Shown: positions 13,753 to 28,592 of the stretch, one piece after another
Position numbering within the stretch: position 1 is the first letter of the stretch
How the letters are laid out: every line of letters begins with the position of its first letter
Origin: Eledone cirrhosa
Lineage: Eukaryota
Length of the DNA: 64,000 nt
NCBI GenBank assembly: GCA_964016885.1
Contig: OZ024753.1
Location: 8,618,001 to 8,682,000, forward strand
Reading direction: 5' to 3'
The notes under the pieces: generated by a model
Database searches by the model: none
Seen by the model: the letters and a program-made list of their open reading frames with translations, nothing else
What the model was told of the DNA's origin: nothing
Made by a program: the position numbers and the translations under genes

Positions 13753-14826
13753 TACCCTTAGATTTTGTTTTTATTTGTATCTTTTTTATCAAACTTACCG
13801 AAGCTTGTGTAGATTGCCGCATCCCTTTCAGCATCTTCATCTATTTCAGATGCTTTCACAACATTGATCTAAGAATGTTAAATTAATTTATTCAAAAGCA
13901 AAAAACAAACCTTATTTAGTGAGAAAAAAAAAAGGGGGCAAACAAAAGGAAAAAAAAAATAGGGAAGTATAGAAAAAAAAGAGAGAAAGAAGAAAAAGAA
14001 TGGGAAAGGGAGGGAATGACAAGAGCTCTGGTGTCGAGGAGAGGAGTGAGGTGATTGGGCTTTGGGCCTAGGGAAAGGGGGCAGAAGTGCTGTGCCCCAT
14101 GGACAAGATGGCAAAAAGCATTCCCCTGGACGATAGCCAGTGACACCTGCTTCACCAGCCGCCCAACCTCGCGAGGCTCCCAATTCAGACGGGCCGCCGA
14201 CATTCCAATCTAAGAATTGTTTACTTAGTATTGTAGTCCAATTGTATGGGGAGGGGGGTGGGGGGAGAAAAAAGGATCAAGCAATGAAAGAAAGGGAGAG
14301 GAGGGAGGAAGAGTCACTACACCTCAGTCTGAGCGGTGGAACAGCTCTGTCCCATGGACAGAGTGGCAATGACCTTACTGCAGAGAATGGCCAGAGACAC
14401 CTGCAGAAACAGCCACCCCACCTCATGGATCACCCTCCTCAGGCAGGCTGCCGTCTTTCCAACTTTACTTAATTATTATTAATTTTCTGGCGGTGGATTG
14501 GCAGTATCGGTAGAGAGTCGTACGCCATGCTTTGAAGCATTAAGTTACGTCCCTTTATGATCTGAGTTCAAATCCCGCCGAGGTTAACTTTGCCTTTCAT
14601 CCTTACGGGGTCGATAAAATAAAGTACCAGTAATGTACTGGGTAATTGCTGGCCTTGTGCCAAAATAGAAACAATTATTATTAATTTTCATTGTCAACAT
14701 GGGCCCTAAATAAATTCAGCATCACATCTAGCCATCTATTTCGATTAAGTATAAAGTCAGACTTGTGAAAAGGAGCGCTTAGACTGTTGATCATCGACTT
14801 TATTCTGTTGCTAGTACTTAGCTTAA

Positions 14827-15047
14827 CCCTTTAGCATTTACATTACTCTGCATATATGATTATATTTTTGAAGTAAAGGCTTTATCTTACATAGTTATCT
14901 CACATAATATTGAGTCTACGAGATTTTGATGTTATTTATTTTGAGAACAATACCTTAACATTGGTATGAGTGGCCAGTCAAAGCTGGTTTGAACAGAAAG
15001 AGGTGACAGATTTCTGGCCAGATACTGTCAGTTAAAATGCTAAAGGG
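14827..15047. mobile_element. piggyBac-like MITE (also 37574-37794; 54393-54893 with nested inserts; partial copies near 9310, 44360, 51882)
   Basis: TTAA|CCCTTTAGCATTT...AAATGCTAAAGGG|TTAA. Confidence 0.8.
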
Positions 15048-15673
15048 TTAATGGCTTCTGTAGGACAAAATACAAAGTTTATGTTATTAATCTTTGAATG
15101 TAAGAATACAATATGTTATGAAGTGATAGTTGCTCTTATGTTTGGTCATTTCGATTGATTTCAGATTTTTATAATAATAATAATAATAATGATTCTTATC
15201 TTTGACATAAGGTTACACATATTTAAGCAAGGAAGTAGTTAGTTTTAATATTTATTTGCTTATTGAGTTTGAAGAGGAGAAGAGAGGCAAAATGAAACTT
15301 AGAGCTACAGTCTTGGGTCAAACAAAGTATATTGCTAAATAATGTAAGCTCTTAATTTGACAAATTACTATTTCTAAAAGTATCAGCTTACTTTTTAACT
15401 TGTATCTATTTAACTTCTGTCTAGATAGAATCCTTCAGACTCAGGTGAAATTATAAGATCGCATGTGAGATATGAATACATTTTCTTTAAAGATCTCTTC
15501 CTATATCTTCTTGAAAATTTTCTTTCCTCTAACTCAGTCATAACTGAGAACCTATCAGGCAGGATTTAAACAAAGGCACTCATTCAAATCCCTACATGAA
15601 ATAGAATATAATAAATATAAATGGCACTTATAATTTTCAAACTTAGAACAAATAAATCCATGTGTGTGTGTGT

Positions 15674-15730
<57 letters not shown>

Positions 15731-17420
15731 AAATTTGAACGGGAACAAAACAGAGAGGCAGTACGAACAAAGGTTTATTAGTTTCACGCTCTATATATAT
15801 ATTAATACTGAAACAAATATATCGGATATGACTGAAAAATCTTTGACATATATGTATATATTGGTATTTTTGCCTTTACCATTCCTTCACACATACACAC
15901 GTACATACACATGGACATACATACATACATACACACATACATACACATGGACATACATACATACACATGAACGTACGTACATTTCAGAGAATTTGCAACT
16001 GATCTACAGTTTTGAATGTAACCCCCTATTACTATTCATAGCAACTGGAAACCTCATTTGGCACTATTTCTGTTTCCATCACTTTCATCTTCTCTCTAGA
16101 CTATTGTGTGACTGACTGGTCAAAGTGTTTACACGCCAAAATAAGCAAGCCTTTTATGTTTCTATGTAAATAGTAAACTTGACAATAAATCTTTAACCTT
16201 TTATCTTTAATCTCTATTTTGATTATTCTAAAAGTTTTTTTAGAAATAAATAATTCACTTTAGATCCTCACTTCTAGTTTAAGTCCTATAATAACTCTTA
16301 TTATATTTCCATTTTATTTTTTACTATTTTCCACTCTCACTGTTACAGAAGGTTATGCTGTTTACTTTTATAGCTCTGTCACATTAAAAATAGCCCGAGC
16401 TGAATATTAATACAATTATATAAAATAAACTACCAAAGGGACCAAGCATAATTTTGTTGGTCACACACTACCAAAATGTTTCTCTATACAACAGATTATA
16501 TCTAACATAGATTTTTATAATCCAAAATGTAAAACAAAAATACCCGATAAAAAACTTTTACTCCAATGATGCATCCATGTTTCTTTATATTTCTTTGAAA
16601 AGCATGCCTATGTTACTGTTGAATTTTGTCATTGCTTCTGTGATTCTTTAGTTCATTAATGTTGTAAAACTTTGGAAATATATTTTGTGAAATAAATGCC
16701 TATGATTTCTGTCTCTTTTAATAAAAGATATTTATAGAAAGAAAAATGTTTATTAGATGTTTGTTTCTCGACTAATAAATTTAGTGATACATTTGATGTG
16801 ATGTGAGTATAGATCTATGCATAGATTGTAGCGGTATTGTTTATTTCCAAAACGAAAAAAGAACAAAAAAAAAAAGACAAAATATGTAATGGTTTGATTT
16901 AGTGGCAACTAGATAGGAATTTTAATATATTTCATTGGTAAATAAAACACAATAGTAAATATTGCTGATGCAAATATACATAAAGATTTTTAAAATATAT
17001 TTTATTAAAGATTTTAAGTCTAAAAGTTTAATCTTAAATCAAACTTTTCTTAGTAGAGCTATTTATAGTGATTTAAAGTTATATGTTTCAAATTATAATC
17101 AAGTAGAGAAAACCAAAAGAAAAAAAGAAAAAAGAAACAGGTTTCTATTTTCAATAACAAAGTTTTTAATAATTTAGAGTAATTACTGAAAGTTTCTCTG
17201 AGAGTTTTTAATTAATAAAAATAAAACTAAGGCATCACCAGAAAAGGCCTATAAAAGTTGGTAAATGTTTGTTGATTCCAAGTAGTGATGACTGCTGCCC
17301 TTATCAACATTCCAGTTAAGTTTCACGACAAAATGTTAGCATATGAAGAGGTTATTCTGTCATATCATGTATCCTTCCAGGAACAATGCCAATGCTATTG
17401 TATTCAATTTTTTATTGCAG

Positions 17421-17702
17421 ACATAGTGCGTGTCAGGCTTGAGGATCCTGTGAAGCTGATATGTAACATTACAAGAAAGACGGAACCTCCTGATGATATA
17501 AAGTGGTTCAAACAAGGCAAACCCTTAAGCACTGATGTAAATAAAAAAGTTTACATTACAAACTATCGACCTAGAGTTACAAAAACTCTAATCAGTGTCT
17601 TCACAGTACTGAAGAGTAACTATAGTGACACGGGACTTTATATTTGTGAAGAAGGCAACAAAGAAATCAAACGCTTTAAAGTAGATGTTCTTTCTCCATA
17701 TG
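17421..17702 (+). CDS. Second Ig-domain exon (phase 1-1), paralogous to 1089-1382
   Basis: Acceptor tttttattgcag at 17420, donor G|gtaagt at 17703. Translation PVKLICNIT..DIKWFKQG..TLISVFTV..DTGLYICE..RFKVDVLSPY. Confidence 0.88.
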
Positions 17703-18364
17703 GTAAGTCCATATTTGATGCCCAATATTATTTACAATTACACAACACAAAACACAGTGCAATGCTAAAGGAACACTGAAGTCAGAAGGTTCTAAATTAT
17801 ATACTAAAACATCCTTTAGTACTTTATTTCTCCACTTCGTTCTCCACTTCCTCTTCATCATAATTTAAATAAATCTATTCCTTTAACTTTGATAAATTCA
17901 ATAAGCTGTCCTTTAGTCTTAAATGATGACAATTTTATAGTCACTCGTGTATGATGGAAACATTTATATTAACTTCATTTCCCAGCTGAAGATATAATTT
18001 ACATATATAAAACATAAAAAAAAAAATGAATTATTCTCTGCTTAATTAGAATATTAATTTATCAAAGTCCATAATTCTTTAAATGACAGCTTAAGATGAT
18101 TTTAGTTTCAGACATGATTTGAATTGAATTACTAACAAAGAGGTAATGTCAAATGAATAAAAGTTTGTCAACAATTAGAGAACTAATCTGCATCAGTTTC
18201 TAAATATTTAAATATATATATATATAGATACTCCTATATATATATGCATATATATTTATATATATATGTATATATATATGTATATATATATATGTGTATA
18301 TATATGTATATATATATATATGTATATATATATATGTATATATATATATGTATATATATATATG

Positions 18365-18418
<54 letters not shown>

Positions 18419-18471
18419 CACATTTATATATATATACACATTTATATATATATACACATTTATATATATAA

Positions 18472-18502
<31 letters not shown>

Positions 18503-18871
18503 CGCATTTATATATATATATACGCATTTATATATATATATACACATTTATATATATATATATACATTTATATATATATATATATATATACTCCCATACA
18601 CATATATATGTATAAATATATATGTATGTGTGTGTGTGTGTATGTACGTATGCATAGTTACATATATATATCAAATAATGGTAGTTAAGATGGGGGATAA
18701 ACTACTGACGTGTAGTGCTTTGGGTTGCTAGGAGCTGATTATCATCAGGAATTTACTACATAACAACTAAGATAAACAACACTCTTGTATATACACATAT
18801 ATATATATATATGTTCCCCCAACACACACACATACATCTGAGAGAGAAAATTATATATATATATATATATA

Positions 18872-19059
18872 TATTTACTAAAATAACAGATTAAAGTTTA
18901 AGCAAAGAATCCCGTTAAGGGTGAAAGCAGCGATTCTTTGCTTAAACTTTAATCTGTTATTTTAATAAATATTTGCTCTATGGTTCTTACATATTTGATA
19001 TATATTTATTTATCCTTATCGAGCCCTCTTTGGATTTTAGTCCACAAATTTATTATTAT

Positions 19060-19065
<6 letters not shown>
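18872..19065. repeat. 'aaaataacagattaaagtttaagc' family with fold-back (also 1-70, 29686-29800, 33215-33380, 54588-54695)
   Basis: Shared sequence adjacent to (TA)n; inverted arms of about 40 bp at this copy. Confidence 0.8.
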
Positions 19066-19104
<39 letters not shown>

Positions 19105-20077
19105 GACTCTTCTTTTGTGTTAAGAGCATGGAATCCTCCCTAGTGTTGATGAGGACATGATAAAACACAAGTGCCCTCTGTAAAGTGGTCGGTGATAGGA
19201 ACGTCATTGGCATTCAGCTATAAAAGAATTTGCTCAAGAAAAGTTCGAGAGGACTTGTTAGTTGTGTCCAATACACAAAAGCATTTTGGCCGCATTATAA
19301 AAATGTGCTTCTACAGCCCTTTCTAGCAATGAAATTTGAATTTAAATGATAATGACAACATTTACACACACTTATATATGTATATATACCATTTATATAT
19401 AAACTAATCCAAATATAAGCTGACCCCTCAGTGGGATTTGAACTCAGACTGCAAATGTTCGGACGCCATGTTTTGCAGGTTAGAGTTACAGCCCTTTATG
19501 GACTGAGTTCAAATCCCGCTGAGGTTAACTTTGCCTTTCATCCTTATGGGGGTCGATAAAATAAAGTACCAGTAATTCCCTGGGATAATTGCTGGCCTTG
19601 TGCTAAAAGTAGAAACATTTATTTTATGCCTGAGAAATGGACAAAAATGTAAACCTCATTTCTGTAGAATTTGAAGTTAGGGAAAATTGTCAAAATTTTG
19701 ATGCCAAATATAAGTTGATATATATTTATATGTATATTTATTAGACACATTAGACACATAAATATATATATATACATGTATATATATATATAATATAAAT
19801 ATATTACATACATGTATATATATTTTTGCAAATTGGAGCCACTTTTTTAACATAAAAACAGGTAGAATTCCCAAAACTAATCAGATCAGAGCAAACAGCA
19901 CGGACACTCTATCTCAAAATTATTTTTGAAAAGCATTTAGAAATGCGCAACCGGTAAAAACTTAAAAACTTAAAACCACAACTGAATACTAACCCATACA
20001 ATCACTAATACTCTTTTATTCCTAATTAAACCATTTTTCAACTGTGAACAATTTGTCAGCATTTTCTATTCCGTTTA

Positions 20078-20117
<40 letters not shown>

Positions 20118-20628
20118 TACATACATGTATATATATATATATAATATAAATATATTACATACATGTATATATATATATACATACATACACATACATACAC
20201 ACACACATATATATATATACATATATATCTTTATATACATATCTACATACATATCTACACTACCATTGCAATTTCAAAATTTCAAAACTTTTTTTGTTAT
20301 TTATAGCTATAAAACTAAATGTTAAACATTCACAAATGTTTTTAAAACTTTTATTTCCTCTTTTTCTAAGTACACTCGATTTACTATAAAAATTGAAATT
20401 CCCCGACAGTATATATTTTGTTGTTTACTTTATCATAAAAAAAATTAAATAATAACTTGTCTGTAATTGGGTTTCACTTTATAGGGTAATATTTTGTAAT
20501 TAGTTGGTTGAAATTATTATCATTATTTACCAAAATTGATTTATTTCTTTTGTCAGCATGTGATATGTATTTGCTTAAAATGTATTTTACATTGCTTTAT
20601 TTTTATTTTTTATTATTATTATTATTAC

Positions 20629-20665
<37 letters not shown>

Positions 20666-21643
20666 GTTATTTTTTGTTATTATTGTTATTATTATCAATA
20701 TTATTATCATTCTTATCCTTGTTATTATTATCTTATCATTATCATTATTGTTGTTGCTGCTGCTGTTACTGTTGCTTAATAAGGAAGGAAAAAAAAGATT
20801 TCATGAAATAAGCATGGATTACTAATAACAGCACAAATTGATTATGATTTATTTTTAAAAATAATTTTCCCATTGGTCTTTTTTATAGAAAAAATAATAT
20901 TTATATATGACATTATATAACTCCAACCTCCTTTTAATAGATATATCTTTCTTTCTCTGTATTAGAGATAGCTTCTTGTTTAGGGTAGTATGGAGTTAAT
21001 CTACTTTACAAAATTCAATTTAAACTGATCTATAGCCATTTCTCACCATTTTACTTCAACTAAAAATCTCATAACAGAATCAAAAAAGAAACAAATATAG
21101 TTGACTTAATTTTTTTCAAATTCTTGATGTTTCTTCGATACATTTCACACAAAACATTTTAAAAGCCATAATACCCTAGAAAAATATTTTTCTCATAATT
21201 CATCTTAACCCTTTCATTACTAATGTAACAGAACTTGATTGTAGGTAGAAAGCTGTGCTTATGGCTAGTTTGGGGTCTCTAAGAGTTAGATATAGCTTTG
21301 TGAAATAAAAGATTTTCTGTCTAAACGTGTGTCAATTTATTATATATATATATAATGAATTATTACACTGTAAGGTGGCCATGTAGGAGACACAGTGAAA
21401 AGGCTCCCAGTCCACACTGCAAATGTGGTTGGTGTTAGGAAGGGCATCCAGCTGTAAAAAACCTGCCAGAGACGCAACCATGTGAGCAAGACATGGTCTC
21501 CCGACCAGTCCCACATCAAATGGAACAAGACCATTGAACCCATGTTAGTGTGGAAGATGGATGTTAAACGGTGATGATGATGATGATAATCTAGCTGTCG
21601 AAATGGCCGGAGCTCAGCCTTTTGGGTCCTGAATTTTTTCATA

Positions 21644-21676
<33 letters not shown>

Positions 21677-22271
21677 GCAAAAGGCAAACAGAAATAACAA
21701 AATAAATGACACAGTACAATGAAAAAATATATTTTTACTTTTACGCTTGCTATAGTAAGAAAAGAGTCTTAACGTTTCAGACGCTATTCCTTCATCAAAA
21801 ACAGAATGAGAAATTAAAGAAGAAATAGAAAAATAGAGGAGATTGGCCAATAGCAGAAATTAACAAAATTTTCTTGAGCAAAAACTGGGATCTATTCACG
21901 TCGCCATCTCTTGTAAAACTGTTGATGCTGGCATTTTTGGGAAGGTGATCTTGTTTTAAAAGGCAGTGATCAAACATGTCTAGCTGAAAAGGAAAAAGAT
22001 CATTTTATTTATATATATACACACATATATATACAGAGAAAGAGAGTGAGAGAGAGAGGGAACAGAGATAGAGGAGGAGTGTGGAAGGGCTCAACATTTA
22101 ACTAGTAGTAGTAGTAGTAGTAGTACATGCAGATAGAAGATACACTGCATTGGAATAGTTTGAAAAATTGAGCCTAGTCAATCAGTAAACATTTTGCTTG
22201 CTTGTTTGTATGTATGTGTGTATGCGTGTGGTATGTATGATTGTATGTATGTGTATATGTATGTATGTATG

Positions 22272-22797
22272 TCAGGTCGGTCATGAGTGCTACTGGTAAC
22301 ATGTAACCCAGTACAACCTGTTGCATGGTCGGGTCGTCGGCGACTAAACCGACAACCCCATCATGTTTACTTGCTGAGGAGGGTGATTTTGGACACCCTG
22401 CAGGACAAAAAAAAAACCTGACAAAGGGCGGAAGAACTCATAAGAGTCAACGGCCATCCAAAAGTGTGTAAATATGTATATACACATGTACCACGCAGTT
22501 AAACTATTGGGAGTGAAGGACCCTAGCCTTTGTCAGGGCATTCTTCTAGGAGAAGGCAACTCAGGAAACTGGGATAACTCCGACAGAAAACCTGCGGCTC
22601 AGTAGTTACCGATGATGTTGATCTTTTCTTCTTTTCGGGTTATAGCTACTGTCGCTCAGAGAGTGGGATTGGCTCCGTGCACAGTCTTTCCTCACATTAA
22701 AAAATATCTTCACGCACAGGCATTGTACAATAGAATTAATTAATAATGGTATATCGTGCAATGGACTTACTCGATAACGAGGGGGCAGCCATCATGT
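22272..22797 (+). mobile_element. Unclassified non-autonomous retroelement in (TATG)n (diverged copy 24902-25292; 3' ends on minus near 63172 and 63464)
   Basis: Shared gagtgctactggtaacatgtaacccagtacaacc head and gggggcagccatcatg end. Confidence 0.6.
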
Positions 22798-23972
22798 ATG
22801 TGTGTATGTAAGTATGTATGTGTTTCTAGCAAAGATCTCACATATTTGTAACTTATACAACATCTAACACTGTACAAGATTGAAGTATTTTCTGATTCTG
22901 TTAAGAACAGCCCCTAACTTTGTTCACACACTATAGATTATATGATAAATGTAGGTTTAGCACAATCTTAATACTTCAAAGGTTTTGTTGCTGGTTTTAG
23001 TTTGTACCTGTTTAAAACGATACTTAAAAATTGCAATATGATTAAAAAGAAACCAAAATTGTTCCTGAATAAATGTTAAATTTAATGTTAATTCATGGTT
23101 AAGAAAGGCGTATGATGTCATATCAGTATTTTAGTTGGAGTAATCATAGATGATAGAAAAGCTTTACTTATAAATAAATAATGTATACACAAGACTGCAC
23201 AGAGCAAAAAGTCAAAAAGGACTCCCAGGAAATCTCATGTGCATGATGTGAAAATTGTAAAGAGAAAATGTGTGAAACCTGTCATAGACATATATAGGGA
23301 TTTCTTTACTTGTTGTATCCTTGTTGTGTATTAAAGCTGAGAAAACAAAATACATTTACCTAGCACTTTTAAAGAAAAGAAAAAACGAATGTAAACAATG
23401 AAGAGAATCGTATCACAGCCTGGAAGATATGTTCTGATATCTTAGATCAGTTTTTTTGACAAAATATAAATATGAGAGATCTTTGCTAACAACAAACACA
23501 CACACACATACATACATACATACGTACATACATACATACATACATAAAAACACATACATACATACAAATACACAAACACATACATACAAACACATGCATA
23601 CATACATACAAACACATACATACAAATACACAAACACATACATACAAATACACAAACACATACATACATACAAACACATACATACATACATACATACATA
23701 CATACATACATACATACATACATACAAACACATACATACAAACACATACATACATACAAACACATACATACTTATATACATACATACAAACACACACACA
23801 CACTTACACACAGACGCATACATACATACATTCATACAGAGGCATACATACATACATACATACATTCATACAGAGGCATACATACATACATACATTCATA
23901 CAGAGGCATACATACACACATACGTAGACATTTACACATGCATGCAAGGACACACCAACACACGCACACACG

Positions 23973-24004
<32 letters not shown>

Positions 24005-24311
24005 ATGGCTATACAAGCATTGTGAGTTGTAACATTTTGTTAGGGTGATAGTAATGACTGTGAAAACATAAGAAAACATGTTTTTGATGTGTGTATTAGA
24101 GTGAAAATGAATAATTGAATTACAGTACATTTATTTACATTCCCAAATGGATGACAAATGTTTTATTAAAGCTCACTAAATATTCTGTGTCGGCTTGTGT
24201 AATAAGTTAAATCATGGATGTAAACTAGCAATGATGTATGGTATATTTTATCAGGCTTTCACTATACAATAATGTTCAATCCCAGATCAGAATGTAATAT
24301 AGAAAAATGTG

Positions 24312-24393
<82 letters not shown>

Positions 24394-24493
24394 ATATATA
24401 TATATATGTGTGTGGGTGTTTGTTGTTGAAACTGTTGAGATTACAAACCACTAGTTTGAAGTTACAGGCAATTTCTTTATGGATATATGTGTG

Positions 24494-24539
<46 letters not shown>

Positions 24540-24623
24540 CGAAGGAGGTGTGGTAAGGAACCAGATGGACCATAACACACCAGAGTACTCAATACTTAGG
24601 GTAGTAGAGTGAGTAATAGGAAA

Positions 24624-24665
<42 letters not shown>

Positions 24666-24865
24666 CGAAGGAGGTGTGGTAAGGAACCAGATGGACCATA
24701 ATGCACCAGAGTACTCAATACTTAGGGTAGTAGAGTGGGTAATAGGAAAAAGTTTAACCCCGACGCCAGAGACTCAAGCCGTTACAACGGCTATTTCTGG
24801 CTATTGAGTCCAGAAATAGCCGTCGAAACGGCTTGATCTCTGCCGTCGGGGTTAAACGGTTTCCA

Positions 24866-24900
<35 letters not shown>

Positions 24901-25289
24901 TGTCGCTCTTGAGTGCTACTGGTAACATGTAACCCAGTACAACCTGTCTCATGATCGGGTTGTCAGCGACTAAACAGGCAACCCCACCAAGCTTGCTTGG
25001 TGAGGAGGGTCATATTTGGACACCCTGTGGGATGACATACAAGACCCAGTAAAGGGCGGAGGAGTTCAGCAGAGGCAATGGCCATCCAAATAGTATTTTT
25101 TTTTTTTCTCAGGGCTGTTGTTGTATTTTCCGTGGCAAACATTTGCACCGAAGATATGTGTGGTTGGTCCTACACAAGCCTTCACCACTTAAAACAAAAC
25201 TTTGTGTGGGCAGTTCAACATCAGTTCACTTTCTCACATTTAACTTTTGTTGGACACTCATACATTGGATATCGACGGGAGAGTCCATC

Positions 25290-25322
<33 letters not shown>

Positions 25323-25724
25323 ACAAAGGAAATGTGGTAAGGAACCAGGTGGACCATAACGCACCAAAGTACTCAATACTTAGGGTAGTAGAGTGGGTAA
25401 TAGGAACAAGTAAGACCCCAACGGCTGAGCTCAAGCTGTTTCGTCGAAACGGCTTGAGCTCAGCCGTCGGGGTCTTACTTGTTCCTATATATATATATAT
25501 AAAACATGAGAAGAAAGAGGAATACTGCGTGGTTGCACATGGGTTACATATGATAAAATTAGTCTCTCGTCAGTGATTTGCCAACCATCATTGGTATTTC
25601 ATCGCATTAAAAATCATATACCTCAGGTTGGTGCGAGCAATAACTAAAAAAAGCTATTAGGACAAGTAAATGGCGTAAAGCGAGTGAGACAAGTAAACAA
25701 CATAGAAGGATAAAAGCAAACCGA

Positions 25725-25766
<42 letters not shown>

Positions 25767-25767
<1 letters not shown>

Positions 25768-26145
25768 CAATGACACACGGCCGTGACTTCTGGCGTCACG
25801 CAGTAATACAGAGTACCCGACCTCCCATCGGTACAAGCTGAAGCATATAGACAATATGCCCCCACACCCCCCACCGCAAGGTGGTCGTGGAGGTGCCACG
25901 GCAAAAAAAGCACCCAGCCCACACTGTAAAGTGGACGTGTAGGTGCCACGAAAAAGCACCCAGCACTCACTGTAAATGAGGTTGGTGTTAGGAAGGGCAT
26001 CCAGCTGTAGAAATCAAGCCAGATCAGTTCCTGTATGAGCAAGGCATGGTCAGCCGACCAGACACTGCTCACAACAGGACAACCCGTCTAACCCATGCTA
26101 GCGTGGAAGAACAGACGTAAAACGGTGATGATGATGATGATGATA
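25767..26145 (+). mobile_element. 5'-truncated copy of the same RTE (ORF end plus 3' UTR)
   Basis: Near-identical to the reverse complement of 45568-45940; begins right after (TA)n. Confidence 0.85.
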
Positions 26146-26571
26146 TAACCTATTGTAACTGTGTAAATTTGCCTCCTGTGTTTTGTTTGTTTCAAGTGGA
26201 CGTGTAAAAGACACGGCAAAAAGCACCCAGCCCACATTGTCACTGTGGTTGGCATTAGGAAGTGTATCCAGTCGTAGAAATCCAACCAGAAACACCCAGA
26301 TGGACGTTTACCAATGTTGATATATATATATATATGTGTGTGCGTGTGTGTTAAGTATTTCCGTAGAAAAGGTAAAGGGAAAAAGAGTGCTCTATTTATT
26401 GTACAGAGCTATTTAATTACATAATAAATAACACAATATAATTATTTCATTACCGAAAGATTAAAAAAACTAGATGTTTTCTTGCAAGAATCATCTGGTT
26501 TCTTGAAACCTTCGGTAATGGGATAATTATATTGTTTGTTTATTATGTAATTATATATATATATATATACA

Positions 26572-26922
26572 TATTTACTACTAAAAGTCTGTGATTGTGT
26601 CTTGTCTGTAATTTAGTACAGCCAAAATGGCGCATATTGGGAAAATAGTTTGAAATGGGAATACAAATATAATAAAACAAGTTTCGCGTAAATTGAAGAA
26701 CGGATTCCCGAGATATGGTTTTTTTGGGGGTACCTTTATAAATAGAGAGAGAGAAAGAGATAGTGGTTGTGAGAGATTAGATTGAAAGAGACATATATAG
26801 AGAGAGAAGGAGACAGAGAAGGAAAATGAAAGAGAGAGCAGGAAAAATTATTTTTAAGTGAACATGATTTTTAAAAAACTATTTTCAAGTGAAAGTGACC
26901 CAATGGTTCAGTGGTGGTCTAG
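26572..26922 (+). mobile_element. Possible non-autonomous Helitron
   Basis: Ends in an imperfect hairpin ccaatggttcagtgg followed by CTAG|T; no TIRs. Confidence 0.4.
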
Positions 26923-27001
26923 TCTATATATATGAAGAGAGTACTAGGAAAAACTAGGCAAGATTTGTGGAAATTCAAAGAAACGTTTATTACACAATAT
27001 G

Positions 27002-27119
27002 ATATCTTACACGTGTTTCAGTGAAATTATGCCATCACCTACTAGAGCTGAATTATTAGATATTTCATAATCCACTATCTCACACTCTGTATTTTAAATC
27101 TGCATTTCATCAGAGAGAT
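27002..27119 (-). ncRNA. Hammerhead-like motif with about 90-nt stem II region
   Basis: ATCTCT-CTGATGA...TGAA-ACACGTGT-A|AGATAT; stem III is a perfect palindrome. Confidence 0.5.
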
Positions 27120-27182
27120 TCAGAGGAATATATATATATATATATACGATATTAAACAAATGGAAACTATATTTATAAAACC

Positions 27183-27259
27183 ATATTTATTTCATTATAC
27201 ATATTTCGGGGATACCATATTAAAAATATGGCATGCCTTCTTCAGATAAAATACAATAT
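27183..27259 (-). ncRNA. Hammerhead ribozyme (CUGAAGA core), Penelope-like terminal repeat family
   Basis: TATTTTAT-CTGAAGA-AGGCATGCCATATT(TTT)AATATGGTATCCCC-GAA-ATATGTAT-A|ATGAAATA. Confidence 0.7.
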
Positions 27260-28290
27260 ATAAACAGTTTTATAAATAATTTTGTAAATAATTTTATAAA
27301 TATATATATATTTGTAAATAATTTTATAAATATATATATATATATTATATACATAAGAACTGAGAAAAGAATGGGTAAAATGCTGCATGTAAAATTTTTT
27401 TGAAGGATGCAGTACAACAGGAATGATCGTCAGAAAAGAAGAAGCTGATGTGTCAATTGAATTTCTGGTCATGGTACTACACTATGGATATGTCTTGACT
27501 TTTGTTACTGTATTTCTAATGGAAGACACTGGTTATCATTTTGAAAATATAGAGATATGGCCCTTTACGTTCTGAGTTCAAATCCTGCCGAGGTTAACTT
27601 TGCCTTTCATCCTTACGAGGTTGATCAAATAAAGTACAAGTCCTGCTCTGGGGTCAATTTAATCAATTTTACCCTCTGCCCAAATTACTGGCCTTGTGCT
27701 TATACCAGAGATCATTAATTTGAAAATATGGAGTTATGGCCCTTTACATTCTGTGTTCAAATCCCGTTGAGGTTAACTTTGCCTTTCATCCTTACGGGGT
27801 CAATAAAATAAAGTACCAGTAATGCACTGGGGTAATTGCTGGCCTTGTGCCAAAAGTAGAAACAATTATTTTGAAAAAGTTTGAAGGGATTTAAGATCAG
27901 TAATTCATCATCATCATCATCATCATTCAATGCACCTATTATGCTCTGTAAATGTTAGTACTGATGCCACAATATAATACACCAACTTCACTCTATAAGT
28001 GATAATGCTGGTACCACAATAAAATGCACCCAGTACACTCTGTAAAGTGATAGTGTACTGTAGTTGGTGTTAGGGAAGATATTCAGCCAAATGAATCATG
28101 TCAAAATATGGAACATATGAACAAGATATGAATGTCCAACCCATCCACTCTGACAGGCTACATCTTATTTAAAGTTTCTTCCTTTATTATTTATAATATT
28201 GATAGTGTTAGATATGTTGATATATATATGTATTTTTTCCAATTCCACCTCACCTGTCCCTTCAATTAATCTATCTAATTTCTCATTCTT

Positions 28291-28326
28291 TCTTCTGATG
28301 AAGGACTAGCGCCCGAAACGTTAATA
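28291..28326 (+). ncRNA. Hammerhead-like motif (related degenerate copies on minus at 21767-21802 and 30725-30760)
   Basis: TCTT-CTGATGA-AGGACTAGCGCCC-GAAACGTT-AATA; weak stems. Confidence 0.45.
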
Positions 28327-28411
28327 CCCTCTTCCTGCTATTTCAAGCGTTAACCTAATATATTCCTTCCATATACTGTACCGATTGTGTTGTTATTTCT
28401 GTTTACCTTTT

Positions 28412-28446
<35 letters not shown>

Positions 28447-28592
28447 AGGGTTAAAATACTGGAGTGTGTTGGAGTTAAACACCCTCTTCGTATTATAGAA
28501 ATGACAGTAAAAGGTATAGCTCAATGTAGTTAAACAGAGCCGAAAAATTAAGAAAGTAAAACAAAGAAGCCTTCAATACATCAAAAGTCTTT

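Noticed and set aside
17285-17420. N-terminal part of ORF 17285-17779 as coding
   Set aside because: Lies upstream of a clear splice acceptor at 17420; probably intron.
18200-18731. YIYI/HTHT/CVCV ORFs here and throughout (e.g. 23413, 39334, 42353, 44959, 49041, 60536-63950)
   Set aside because: Translations of (TA)n, (CA)n and (CATA)n microsatellites; no domain or splice support.
20508-20825. Poly-Leu membrane-protein-like ORF
   Set aside because: (TTA)n microsatellite.
24780-24845. Hammerhead in the 'ggaccataacgcacc' family (TGAGTCC...GTCGAAACGG)
   Set aside because: Only half-cores are visible; no complete CUGANGA or paired stem II in any copy here.
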